A stretch of 64,000 bases of DNA from assembly GCF_947568905.1 (NCBI RefSeq), contig NC_079171.1, positions 28,458,001 through 28,522,000 of the forward strand, in the 5' to 3' direction. Under the pieces are notes generated by a model. The model worked only from the letters and a program-made list of their open reading frames with translations. It ran no database searches and had not been told where the DNA came from. This stretch comes from Ostrea edulis (Eukaryota). Made by a program: the position numbers and the translations under genes. This document shows, in pieces, positions 24,679 through 36,374 of this stretch. How positions within the stretch are numbered: position 1 is the stretch's first letter; each line of letters begins with the position of its first letter.

Positions 24679-25429
24679 GGACTCCATAGTGCGATGGTCA
24701 CGACAAAGTGTGATGGTCTGTGTCAAACCCCGATGGTGTGACACGCCAAAGTGCGATGATCCACTTTCATGCGCCAAAGTGCGATGAGTTATAAACGACA
24801 CAATGTTTTGGTCAATACTGGTAACAGTATCAACCGTGTATTGTTTCACCAAAATATCAGTGCAAAATCCTTGCACAAAAAGGAAAAGTAATTTCATTAC
24901 CATTTAGTTGTCGTGTTATCAAACACAAAATTTTCCAACGCGAAATCGTATAGAATGTTTTGCATCATACCATACTCTCAGGAATTTATTACGTGTACAT
25001 CAAAAGTAATAAATAATCATGAATTAAATAATGTTTGGGCGAAGTAGATAGTTCGACAGCAAACGTACTTTGCCGTTCTCACAATCATCAACAGTGTAAA
25101 CCTTGCCGTTGCTGTTGTCCATGACAATCTTAATCACTCATACCTTCGCGAAGACGATGACCAGTGCCAGCACTGCAGCAGAAAGAACCTTCGTTGGGGC
25201 AAACTGACGTTGTTTTTCTTCGGTATTATTTTGAAAGACGTTAAAAATGACGTCACAAACGTTACTGAACCCCGCACTATCGGACTTTGGCGAGACCATC
25301 ACACTTTGGAGCGACCATCGCACTTTGACGTAACCATCGCACTTTGGCATAGCCATCGAACTTTGGCGCAGACCATCGCAATTTGGCGTAACCATAGCAC
25401 TTTGGAGCGACCATCGCACTTTAGAGTCT
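24679..25429. mobile_element. TIR element with inverted subterminal ~20-bp repeats (accatcgcactttggcg), TA TSD
   Basis: ggactccatagtgcgatggtc / gaccatcgcactttagagtct; TA at 24677-24678 and 25430-25431. Confidence 0.7.
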
Positions 25430-25544
25430 TACATTTTAGGACTGTGACGTTGTTCGCTATATTTGATTGTGATGTTTTACCCTATATTTGATTGTGACGT
25501 TTTACCCTATATTTGATTGTGACGTTTTACCCTATATTTGATCT

Positions 25545-25599
25545 TTCCGTGGGTACCAACATTTTTGACCCTGTGACCTTGGAGTTTGACCTACTTGTA

Positions 25600-25634
<35 letters not shown>

Positions 25635-25640
25635 AAGTGA

Positions 25641-25673
<33 letters not shown>

Positions 25674-25789
25674 AGTATTCTTTGTGACAAGACCTTTCGT
25701 GGGTACCAACATTTTTTAACTTGTGACCTTGACCTTGGGGTTTGACCTCCTTTTTGAAAATTTTAACCTTGCTTTTGAACAGTAAAAGA

Positions 25790-25825
<36 letters not shown>

Positions 25826-26064
25826 CCAAGACCTTTCCGTTGGTACTAAACCTTTAGACCTTGACATTTGACCTACTTTTAAAAAAAAATGACATTGGTC
25901 ATAACTTCTAAATGGTAAATATTAGAGCTTTCATATTGTACATGAGCATTTCTTTTGACAAGATCTTTCTACTGGTACCAAGATATTTGTCCTTGTTACC
26001 TTGGCCATCTTCGGAATTGGCCATTAGGGGGGGGGGGACATTTGTGTTTCACAAACACATCTTT
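25545..26064 (+). mobile_element. Helentron-like repeat with ~150-bp gaccttgacc-rich units; related pieces at 1-430, 28546-29105 and 62642-62745
   Basis: Shared unit gacaagacctttcc..tgtgaccttgaccttg..tttgacctactt and shared end tgtttcacaaacacatcttgtt. Confidence 0.6.
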
Positions 26065-26160
26065 GTTGGGTTTTTTTTGGCATCTATAACAAAAGTTTGA
26101 GGTCAATTTTAAAATTAAACTCGCACATTTCTCTGATGTATGTGATGATTTCGCTTTCAG

Positions 26161-26328
26161 GTTGCCCAGTGATTTTGCCTCTATGATCTACACAGTGGGG
26201 GTCAGTGAGGGAGGGATGGAGGAGTGGGACTACGTATGGAACAGGTCGCTGTCCACTAACGTGGCCGTGGAAAGGGAGATGCTGATGCAGGCCCTGGGGC
26301 AGTCCCAGAAACCATGGCTACTCTGGAG
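26161..26328 (+). CDS. M1 aminopeptidase exon 12: LPSDFASMIYTVGVSEGGMEEWDYVWNRSLSTNVAVEREMLMQALGQSQKPWLLW(R)
   Basis: gctttcag / gtgatg, 168 nt. P.D....Y..G...G...EW and E...L..AL motifs. Confidence 0.93.
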
Positions 26329-26646
26329 GTGATGATTCTCTCTGTCTCTTTCTCTCTTTCTTTCTTTCTCTCTCTCCGGCTTATATTGACCCTATTCGAC
26401 ACACTATGCCACGATAAACAACCCTTATCGCTACGGTCCTCAACACCATGTATCCGTCATACTTTGTGGTGATTCATTTGAAGCTGATGACCTCTTCACA
26501 AGGGATACAAATTCTCGGCCGAGGGCGTAAATCAACATAGAAACAATCTAGTACGCAATCGACTGGTTAAAATACGACTAAATCTCCCACTGAAAATGGT
26601 ATTTTGATGAAGTCAGTCAAATGGAATCACCAGTACCGATATCTTA

Positions 26647-26688
26647 TTGATGTTGGTTGTGTATTGTTTAACGTCCCATTCGAGCATC

Positions 26689-26720
<32 letters not shown>

Positions 26721-26895
26721 TGAAGGGCTGCAAAATTTAGGCCTATGTTCGGCGCCTAAGAACTTTGAGCAGGGAGGGATCTTTATCTTGCCACACCCGG
26801 ATTTTGCTGTATCATACAAAGGACCGCCCCATATAGTCGCCTCTTACGACAAGCAAAGGGATTCTGAGGACCTATTCTAACGCGGATACCCACGG
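26647..26895 (-). mobile_element. Second SINE family with a related Deu/Nin-like core; core-only fragment at 5168-5238
   Basis: Minus strand ccttcggatgagaccgcaaaaaccgaggtcc..gtgtggcacgataaaga core; tail aaacaatacacaacc. Confidence 0.65.
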
Positions 26896-27061
26896 GAAGA
26901 TATCTTAGTGAAACTTAATGATAGAGAATCGCTAGTCCTAATGATTTATTGTTACTTTACAGCAGTTTGATTTACGTTCCGTGGATAATTTTCACTCGTA
27001 TTATCAGCAAATGTCGTGGGAGAAAGTTACAAGAAGATATCAGAATTGGGAATTCTCTGAA

Positions 27062-27391
27062 CCGGTCGTTGTAACTCATAGGTAGAGCCTTCGCTTCGTA
27101 ACCGACATGTCTTGAGTTCGAGCCGCGCTCGTTTCATGACCGCGTCAAACATAAGACGTTTAACAAATAGTGATTGCTCCTTCGCCAAAAGCTCGGCATT
27201 TAGAATTGACAATCACGGGTCTTTCGGATATGACCTTAAAAACGGAGGTCCAGTGTCACGGCAGGTGTTGACACGTTAAAAACCCCTCACTGCTACGGTC
27301 CTGAGCGCTACGCATATGTCTAGATTTACAGCTGGTGACGTCTCAATATGAGTGGGAAAAAAATTGACGGAACGTAAAACAATCAATCAAT
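27062..27391 (+). mobile_element. tRNA-derived SINE (Deu/Nin-domain-like core); other copies 11160-11447 and 55590-55888, head only 54033-54130
   Basis: A/B-box-like head (gagttcgagcc), shared body tagtgattgctccttcgccaaa, core tttcggatatgaccttaaaaacggaggtcc..cacgttaaa, (caat)n tail. Confidence 0.75.
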
Positions 27392-27583
27392 GTAAGCACT
27401 GAACCACGTGACCGATCAATGTAGGCGGTCAAGTTAGACCTTGATCATTGACCTTTCCAATTTTAATTTTCAAATAAAGAATTATCTGCAAATTCTGTTC
27501 ACGTCAAACATATTACAAACTTAACTTTCCAAGAGATTTGTCATGCAAGTGATGCTACAGTGTATTATCTGATTTCTTTATAG

Positions 27584-27724
27584 ATACGCCAATTGGATCT
27601 TTGATCCAAGCAAAATAAGGAGGCAGGACGTTAGATTGGTTATTAGCTACCTGTCGAAGCGCCCCCTGGGGAGGATGATCTCTCTACATCTCTTGATGAC
27701 GAAATGGGACAGATTAAATGAACA
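27584..27724 (+). CDS. M1 aminopeptidase exon 13: YANWIFDPSKIRRQDVRLVISYLSKRPLGRMISLHLLMTKWDRLNE(Q)
   Basis: tttctttatag / gtaagt, 141 nt. IR.QD and P.G......W motifs. Confidence 0.92.
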
Positions 27725-28208
27725 GTAAGTCCCCGCATGCTGCCATGAAAACTGTCACAGTGAACTAGCGATATCTAGAGGTCGCTTTCATCTGATTGCA
27801 AGCTTTACCAGATGGCGCTACTCAAGCTTCGCTTTTATCTCAGTTTTCGTCTCTGAGGCAGTCCACTGTAAAATTTTAAAAACAAAACCGCGTAGGAATG
27901 AAAAATGATACTTTAAATATCTTAGTACATCAAGCACATATGTATTTTTACAGGGAAATTAAAGAGTTTGCATGATAGTTGTAATGTCCCCGTTAAATGA
28001 ACAATCATTACAGACCTTTCATTTAAGTGTCTTATAAGATTCTTGTAAAATTGTCTATAGGAGAGGGGAAAGTGAAATTTGGTAGACAACTTGATATTTG
28101 GATAAAATTGGGAAAATAAATTATCAGCAATATTCATATCATCAAATTGTGATACATTGCACATTAATCAAAAGTGAATTTTTCTAACAATTTTTTTTAT
28201 TATTACAG

Positions 28209-28290
28209 ATTTGGATTTGACAATTTTTTACTGAGGGAAACAATATCGGAAGTGACACAGTTTGTTAATTCGGAGTTTGAATATAAACAG
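28209..28290 (+). CDS. M1 aminopeptidase exon 14: FGFDNFLLRETISEVTQFVNSEFEYKQ
   Basis: tattacag / gttgga, 82 nt, phase compatible. Confidence 0.85.
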
Positions 28291-29416
28291 GTTGGAGTCT
28301 TTTCAGTTTGAGTTTTCATTCACCTCAAATCTACTTTTAATATGAAGTACGATCTTTTGATTTTTATACACAAATGTCTGATTTTTCGTTGTGTTTGTAC
28401 GTCTGCGTTTGAAGAGATTTTGAGGCTAGCATCTGCTTAGTGATCCATATATTGGAAATGCAATTGTTTTGATATTTTATGCTTGGATATTTTGGGAAGG
28501 GGGTTCCTTTTTTATGAATAGATGTTGATCGAGCTTGAAAGCTCATGTTTCACACGTGTATTGCTTTTGACAAGATCTTTCTTTTGGTATCCCTTTGGAC
28601 CAAATTCTGATCTTGTGACCTTCACCTTGAAGCTCGGCCTACTTTTAAGAAACATTAGCCTAGATCATAAATTATGAATGGTTAGTGATAAGGCCTTCAT
28701 ATTTCACATTTCTTTTGACAAGATATTTCTTTATTTCTTTTGAAAAGACAATTTTTTGAGATATTAAATTATTTTATCTCATGACCTTGACATCGAAGTT
28801 TGACCTACTTTTGAAAATCTTTAACCTTGGTCATAACTTTTGAATAATTAGTGATAGAACTTTCATATTTCACATGTATATTCCTTTTGATTAAAAATGT
28901 ATTTTAGTACCAAAGGTTTTGACCTCACGACCTTGGAGTTTGACTTACTTTTGGCAAACTTTACCCTCAGACAGAACTTTTGAATTGTTACAGATAAGGT
29001 TTTCATAATTCACAAGTGTACTCCTTGTGACAAGACCTTTCTATAGGTTCCATAATTACTTTGCTTCCATACGCGGGCATCGCTGTTTTACAAACACAAC
29101 TTGTTTAGGAAGGTGCATGATTTGCTTTTCGTTTCTTTTCTTTTAACTCTTAAAATAATATCATTGAAATCCTTTAAATCAGATATTTTATCATAAAAGC
29201 TAAATGAATGAGGAGGAGTAAACAATTAACTCTCAACTCTTGATAATTCAGCAGATAGTACATGAAAGATTTACAATTTAGTTAATATTATTACCATTCC
29301 ATCTCTATTCAGTAGGTTGTACATCAAATAGATCATGTTTCCATATCTTTCTAATTCAGTAGTTTGTACGTGAAAATAGTCATATCGTGTCATGAATTTT
29401 TATAAATGTTTTGCAG

Positions 29417-29490
29417 TTAAGAACTCTATTTAAAGACCATCCCCCCAAAGTGGCGAAAAAAGAGACACAGAACTCCTTAGCCCTCATCAG
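29417..29490 (+). CDS. M1 aminopeptidase exon 15: LRTLFKDHPPKVAKKETQNSLALI(R)
   Basis: ttttgcag / gtaacg, 74 nt, phase compatible. Confidence 0.82.
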
Positions 29491-29599
29491 GTAACGCGTG
29501 TACGCACTGTTCGTTTTCATTCATCTTCCAAGAATTACAGGGACATTCTACTCCAAGTCAAATAATAATAGAAGAGCAGGGGTTTTTTTTACTGGTGTT

Positions 29600-29646
<47 letters not shown>

Positions 29647-29741
29647 ATAACGGTACATCAGATATGCATTAATATTATATCTAGAGAAACAAAAACAAAA
29701 AGCAAAAAAAGAGAAACAAAACATAAGCTGAAGGTATGTGG

Positions 29742-29802
<61 letters not shown>

Positions 29803-30038
29803 TCCATGGGCATCAAATTTTTCCCCCTTTACCATTTTTATACGAAATAAATTTTTGTGTTTCATAGAAAAATTTCTTTTGTGATATTGCAGCACGCACA
29901 CTAGAAGAACAATTAATAATTCAATTTAATGAGCGATTTTCAGTGAACTTTTGCTTAACAATATACATGCAGATCTACATGTACATAAGATGTTTTCTGC
30001 ACGAGATACCTACTAAATAAAACCTGCGCATTTTTCAG

Positions 30039-30117
30039 AGCCAACATCAACTGGATGGATGAAAATTACGACGTCATCACTGACTGGTTACGTGATCACG
30101 TGGTTGGTATGTTATGA
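30039..30117 (+). CDS. M1 aminopeptidase probable last exon: ANINWMDENYDVITDWLRDHVVGML*
   Basis: tttttcag acceptor; N..W...N...I..WL terminal motif; TGA TAA double stop. A donor-like G|gtatgt at 30106/30107 makes the exact end uncertain. Confidence 0.85.
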
Positions 30118-30599
30118 TAATTGATGCTTAGGAATTGACAAGACCAAAGTTTTCCAAATGTTCCACGTGATTAGAATTCATGCCACTGACGTGATTTTAA
30201 AAAAAAAAGATTTTTCACAAACTTCAACTTGGATACGAAATAAAATGAATTATACAACATTTGAATTCCTACGGAAACAGAAATTATCGGATAGAGTGTT
30301 CCATTTTCATTCGGCGAATAGGTACCAAGATGTGTTCAACTGGAAAAAGCAGGGGCGGAACGTTGGAAAGTGTAACTAAAAATTAACAGACTCAAATGTC
30401 ATGTATATAGTGGTTTCTTCATTAAGATATTTTGTTTACATTTAGTTTGTGAATATTTTGTACAGAATGTTGGGTGTTATAATCGTTGTGATGTAATGGT
30501 ACCAGCATAACTTACAATTTGAAAATTGTACATTCAAAATAAATTGATACCTACATTCAATGTTAGATGACGTATACAATCAATGTTTAATGACGCAAA

Positions 30600-31280
30600 C
30601 ATTTCATTTAAATTGACACGTACATACAATGATAATTGACGCCTAAATTTCATGTTAAACGACGCGTACATTCAATGTTAAATGACGCGTACACTCAATG
30701 TTAAACGACGCGTACATTGTATTTTAAATGACACATGCATTCGGTGTTTAATGACGCGTGCATTCGATGTTAAATGACGCATACATTCAATGTTAAACGA
30801 CGCCTACATTCTATTTTAAATGACACATCTATTCGATGTTTAATGACTCGTACATTCAATGTTAAATGATGCATACATTTGATGTTAAATGACGCGTACA
30901 TTCGATGTTAATTGATTCATACATTCAATGTTAAACGATGCATTCATTCAATGTTAAATGATGCATACATTCGATGTTAAATGACGCGTACATTCGATGT
31001 TAAATGATGCATACATTCGATGTTAAACAATGCATACATTCGATGTTAAACGATGCATACATTCGATGTTAAACGATGCATACATTCAATGTTAAATGGC
31101 ACATACAAAAATGTACGTTAAATGACGCCCATATTCAATGTCAGCGTTATTTAAATTTAACGACGCCTACATTTTATGTAAAAACGTACATTTGATGTTA
31201 ACTGACGCGTACAATCAATGTTAAATGACGCCCATATCCAATGTCAGCGGTCGTTGAATACTAAATGACGTCTACATTTA
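30600..31280. repeat. 23-bp minisatellite downstream of the aminopeptidase stop
   Basis: Unit aatgttaaatgacgcgtacattc. Confidence 0.9.
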
Positions 31281-31579
31281 AATTCATTTGAGTTCTGAGA
31301 TAATCTACGAATGATAATGCAGGGTCACGTGTCCTACAATGTTGTATTCTTCTACATCTATTAAATACAACCATTTACTCCAAAAAGTTGTGAGTTTTGT
31401 TTGCTAAATAAACTTGTTATGTACAAATAATCAGTGAAACTGTATATTGAAATAAATTGTAATTTTTCTGGGTTTTTTGTTTTTGTTTTCAAGTTTACAT
31501 CCCTTACATTCATTTAGGACCCAGTTGCACGACGGTTAGTTAACATTATTTAATAGACAGTTAACATCCTACTAACTTT

Positions 31580-31623
<44 letters not shown>

Positions 31624-31877
31624 GTTAACTATCTGTTAAACTTCATTAATTTTCATGCAACTGAGCCCTGGTGTTTTGTGGTAATTAGTAACTGTTTAAA
31701 TTGGAAAATAAAATAGGTAGTGCCCAATATAGTGAGTACTGTACACTATTTCTTGCGATAAAATCTTAACAAGAGTTCCGCAAGACGAGCCACATCCAAT
31801 GAGTGTCTACTAACGTTTTTTTATGAAGGTCGTTCCCAAACTCAACAGGTTCTTCCTCTCTTGATAACAAAGCTACA

Positions 31878-33290
31878 TGAAAAGGTGAAGATAACGAACA
31901 GTGATCAATCTCATAACTTCTATAAAGAACACAAAATTAAGAGGTGGCCAAACACGGACTCCTGGATATACAAGAGGTGCGATCGGGTGCCTAGGAGGAG
32001 TAAGCATCCCCTGTTGACCGGTCACACCCGCCGTAAGCCCTATATCTTGATCAGGTAAACACAGTAATCCGTAGTCAAAATCAGTGTGATAAGAACGGCC
32101 TAACAATCGGTATGAAACACGTCAAACACCTTTGACCCAATGACAGGTTGTATTGGCAAACTAGATCGTTATAACGACCATCGACTTCGCGAAATGCTGA
32201 CTTTAAACAAGACTGTTTTAAAAAACCCTGTAACATCAACTTGGTTGTCAGTAGCCTGCCTTAATTTTTAAAAAAACCTGATCACACGCAGAACAAGCTC
32301 TTGTGTATCAAATCAGTTGAGGGACATTAACGCCATATGCAGATGATAATGGAATATTGCTAGATAAATATGAGAAATTGACGATGGAAAAGCCGAAATC
32401 ATCCAGTTTGTCATAAAGTTGACAGTTTGCCGTTAGCATGAAAGGTAAAGATAACAGTCATCAATCTCATAACTCCTACAAGGAATACAAAATAAAGAGT
32501 TGGACAAACACGGACCCCTGACATAATATGGGAAGTTGATGATGGAGAAGCTGCAATCAACCCGTTTGTTATGAAGTTGAATGGTTAGTTTGCCGTTAAT
32601 ATTCATTTTCAATAAGATATCTAAGTACGATGCAGATGTGGGTGATCCTGTTGTGTCTTTTATCTCGAGTTCACTGGAATATATCGAATTGACACATGAA
32701 TAAAAAAATTGTCATTGTTAATAGATAAAACGTCGTCGATTTATCTAAATGTCGAGTTGAAAGTCACACCTAGAGATTTTTTCTTCTACTTGTATGTAGA
32801 AGCTTTTGAATAAATTCTTGTCTCATAAGAGTATACAAATAGGTCAGCTAACAAAGGAGCACAATTCGTGCCCATGGGAATTCCAACATACTGTTGGAAA
32901 TCCAGATCACTAAAGACTACGAATGTATTATCATTGAAAATTCGGCTCGCAAGTATTCAAAATCGGCCCGATAATGCTGCCTCCAGCTGGAGGCGGCGAA
33001 TTTCCAGTTTACGTAATGGCGCCGGTTCTGACGTTTTCCTGGCACTGTAAATATCAAAATCATAAAAAAGCGAGGAAAACCTCAGGTATGTCGGACTACA
33101 TCTGACCCAACGACAGGTTGTATTCATTTGACAAACAAAGGAGTTATTTTTGAATGATCGATCGCTAGATATGAATATTTCCTTTTCCCATTTTTGTTGG
33201 AGAAGCAACTGTTTATTATGTCCATTCAATTTATCGTGAGGAATGGTCCTACAGTGTATAAAGTATTGAAAAGTCATACGTTTTGATGTT
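31878..33290 (-). mobile_element. Decayed Penelope-like retroelement (RT remnants with stops, plus 3' noncoding end)
   Basis: TIPHDKL motif, TFNSTFR*IDDVLSIN (YIDD catalytic motif with a stop), ELEIKDTT..SASYLDILL, then the family 3' tail ending ttatcttcaccttttcat. Confidence 0.8.
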
Positions 33291-33761
33291 GATTTGAGAA
33301 AATTTTTGTTGTTATTTCAAATTTACTAGTTCTTTAAAATCTTTTAGAATCCACATTTGATTTACACCACATCTGGCCTATGTAGTGGTACAGTACGTTG
33401 GACGTTTCGCTATCACATGAAAGGCGATGATAACGAACAGTGATCAATCTCATAACTCCTATAAGCAATACAAAGTAGATAGTTGGGCAAACCTGGACCC
33501 CTGGACATACCAGGGTGGGATCAGGTGTCTAGGAGGGTAAGCATCCCCTGATCCGTGTTTGCCCAATTTTCTATCTTGTATTTGTTATAGAAGTTATGAG
33601 ACTGATCACTATTCGTTTTCTTCGCCTTTCATCAGACAACTGCTTTTTTGCATAAAAATGGCACTTAACATATTCATATCTTGCGAGCAGTCATCTAAAA
33701 CATTACTTCGTTAAACTCCACTCTAAATACACACAACTTTTCTTCTAACGTTGATATAAAA

Positions 33762-34216
33762 TAGGGGCGGATCCAGGAATTGCGGTTAGGGGGCCCAACT
33801 CTATGAGGCAAGGGAGTTTGGGGGCCGCCCTGAGCTCCCCCCCCCCCCCCCCCCCCCCCCGTGGGTTCAGGGCAAAGCCCCCGGAAGCACATTTGGACTT
33901 TACAGATTTTATAGGGCTTCAGATATGTCTCCTATATAGTGATATTTACTATTTTCTGTGACATTCGATAGAGGGAAATCAATAAAATGACGCAAATTTT
34001 AATGGTTTTTGGAAAAGTTAAGTTCTCCCAATAAAAGTAATTCAGTAAATCAAAAGATTTTGTCATTTTATTGCGCTGAGAGTGGAAGAAATCATTGCTC
34101 CTTTTATCGTTTATATTTTTCTAAACAAGACACCACGATTTACCTTAAATTTGAATTTTTGTAAGGGGGGGGGGGGGGGGGGGGGGGTCGGCTGCGCCAC
34201 CTTAAATCCGCCACTG
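33762..34216. mobile_element. Putative hAT-like MITE with long C and G homopolymers
   Basis: taggggcggatcc .. aaatccgccactg imperfect inverted ends. Confidence 0.5.
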
Positions 34217-34618
34217 TAAAAGACGTTATCTATGTAATATAAAATATTCCAACAATTTCTTGGAATTTACATGGGCACAATTTGTGTTCCTTTGATTGCT
34301 GCCCTGTTTTGTATTCTTATGATGTAGAATTTATTCATAACTTCTATACGAGAAGAGAAAATATCTTGTTGTGTCCTCATATATGAACATAGACGTTAAT
34401 GGCAATCTAACAACTCAACTCTGTGAAAAACAGGATAACTCAGCTTTTTCACAATGAACTTCACAAAATTTAGAAATTCATTTCAAAATTAAGGATTATC
34501 TCCCTCATGCATAGCTCTTATCCTTGGACGAATTTGGCTCCACTTGTTTGGCACGCTGTTTTTGGCTATATTTAGATCTAAAACTTCATAGTTATTTCGG
34601 ATTTCAAACATTTCGGTT

Positions 34619-35364
34619 GAGCATCACTGAAGAGACATTGTAATGATTCCGGATATTTGAGGTACGACCATGCGGAGTTCTCAATTAGTCACTTTCCATC
34701 ACGTGATCTAATTTGTGTATAAATACCGAGACTCCGCAGTTGTCTGTGTCATTCTGATAGAAGACCCAGCCAAGTTGAGAGGACGAGATTATGTGTACTA
34801 ATAAAGTATTCAAAGTAAACAATTCCTCGCCTGTTCTTACAGTTAGAGAGTGAATTTGGAAGGCCATCAGAAGTCTGGCCTGCCACGAAGAGGTTGACCT
34901 CCAGTAAAGAGGCTAGCCATAGTTTGTTTTCTTTGGTGTCGTCCGCATTGGCTGAACAGACCGTCGTCCAGGCCGTTGTACTCATTGTCCGTCCTGAATA
35001 AGGCATCCTACAATGAGTGCAGCGGTTGAAGGGCTACCACATATACTGTCCGTCCTGAATAAGGCGTCCTACAGTATATGGGGTAATCCGAGGGCGACTG
35101 GGCTCTAGATCTACATTTTGTCAAGTTAGCACTACCAGTTTATCGTTGCTTGCCTCTGATTGATATAGTGATTCTCTGTTTGATGATAATTAACCTAGAT
35201 AAGGTTAGGACATATTTGTATATTTTGGCAGTCCACTAAAATCATACCAATTAGTTTAAATTAGTTATTGTTGAATACCCCAAACCCTGGAATTGACCAG
35301 GTACGATCCCAGAAGTTAACGTTAATACGTTACAACATTACTTGTCGAAATGCGCATCTGGTGC
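34619..35364 (+). ncRNA. Minimal type I hammerhead ribozyme of a Penelope-like element, interrupted in loop II by a solo LTR
   Basis: GCATCA (stem I) CTGAAGA (core) GACA [loop + insert] TGTC (stem II) GAAA TGCGCA T C (palindromic stem III; predicted cleavage after C35358) TGGTGC (stem I partner, one G-U pair). Confidence 0.8.
34639..35334 (+). mobile_element. Solo LTR (Gypsy-like), 696 bp
   Basis: Ends TGTAATG...CGTTACA; 4-bp TSD ACAT at 34635-34638 and 35335-35338; TATAAAT near 34719 and AATAAA near 34800; internal ~27-bp direct repeat. Removing it restores the ribozyme exactly. Confidence 0.85.
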
Positions 35365-36374
35365 ATCAAAATTGGTACCGTATAAGTTTTACATGCATGT
35401 ATTTATGTAGCACTATTCCATTATCACCTACATACGGTATTTTTAATATCTCTCAATTGATTCAATACTTGAAAGCATGGTCAGCGTATGATCACTTTTT
35501 AAATCGAGGCAGGCTACTGACAAATAAGTTTAGTCACAGGGGTTTGAACAGCCTTCTTTAAAGTCAACATTTCGAAAATTCTATGTTCGTTATAATACAG
35601 CTTGTCATTAGATCAAAAACCGTCTGATGTGTCAAGCCCCTCTTTTAAAACCAGATTTCCACTACGGTTTACCTGAATGAGATAGATGACTCGCGATGGA
35701 TGTGACTGGTCAACAGAGGATGCTTATTCCTATAGGCATTCTATTAATACTAGTCGGTTTACGCTTGCGGTCAGTTTTGTCCTACATAGTGCGTTGTTCT
35801 TGAAAGGCTTCACGTCTGCCAGACATAAAAATGTTTGACCAGAAAAAACAATCCCCAATCGGCTCCACTCGCATGTAGTTTGTCTTTGGTTTACGGTAGC
35901 TCATTACACTAAAATGTTATTCAAACGCTCGTTAAAACACCTTATATGAAATATCATTTCACCATCAAAAGAGTGATACAAGCTCTCGGTTATATTATAT
36001 TTGCATTCTTGTGATTTTTTTCTGGAATGATAAAACGGGTGTTTTGTTTGCAGAGTCCAAAAAACATGTCAGTTAGATTTATTAAACAAACATATTTCAA
36101 AAACACATATTGGAATGAAATGACTAAAATTCAGATTTATCGCTATATTTTGGAATCATTAAAAAAAAAAATTTTATCCATAGATTCAAAGATATCAATA
36201 ATTTACCTTTTCCACTTTCATAGATGTTTTCTAGAAAATTATCACGTCTATCCGATCCTTTTCTGCATATTTTATTACATATTCATATCATGCACCAAAA
36301 CACAGCGAAATTTTGACTCTAAAATCTATTTGTAAACAAAACACCTGTTCAATAATTCCGGGGGGAAATCACAC

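Larger units (their letters stand above)
34265..35740 (+). mobile_element. Decayed Penelope-like retroelement: RT fragments plus hammerhead-bearing terminal region
   Basis: Degenerate MGT.C.PL.A.LF.YSY..EFI and D.NG.LTTQL motifs (34265-34450) and STIPLSPTYG..ISQLI.Y..A.S.YD.FLNRGRLLTNK (35415-35530). Confidence 0.75.

Noticed and set aside
34842-35001. Acceptor plus open frame LESEFGRPSEVW..VVLIVRPE* as an extra aminopeptidase exon
   Set aside because: Lies inside the solo LTR and is in the wrong phase for the 30106 donor (phase 1 gives VRE*).
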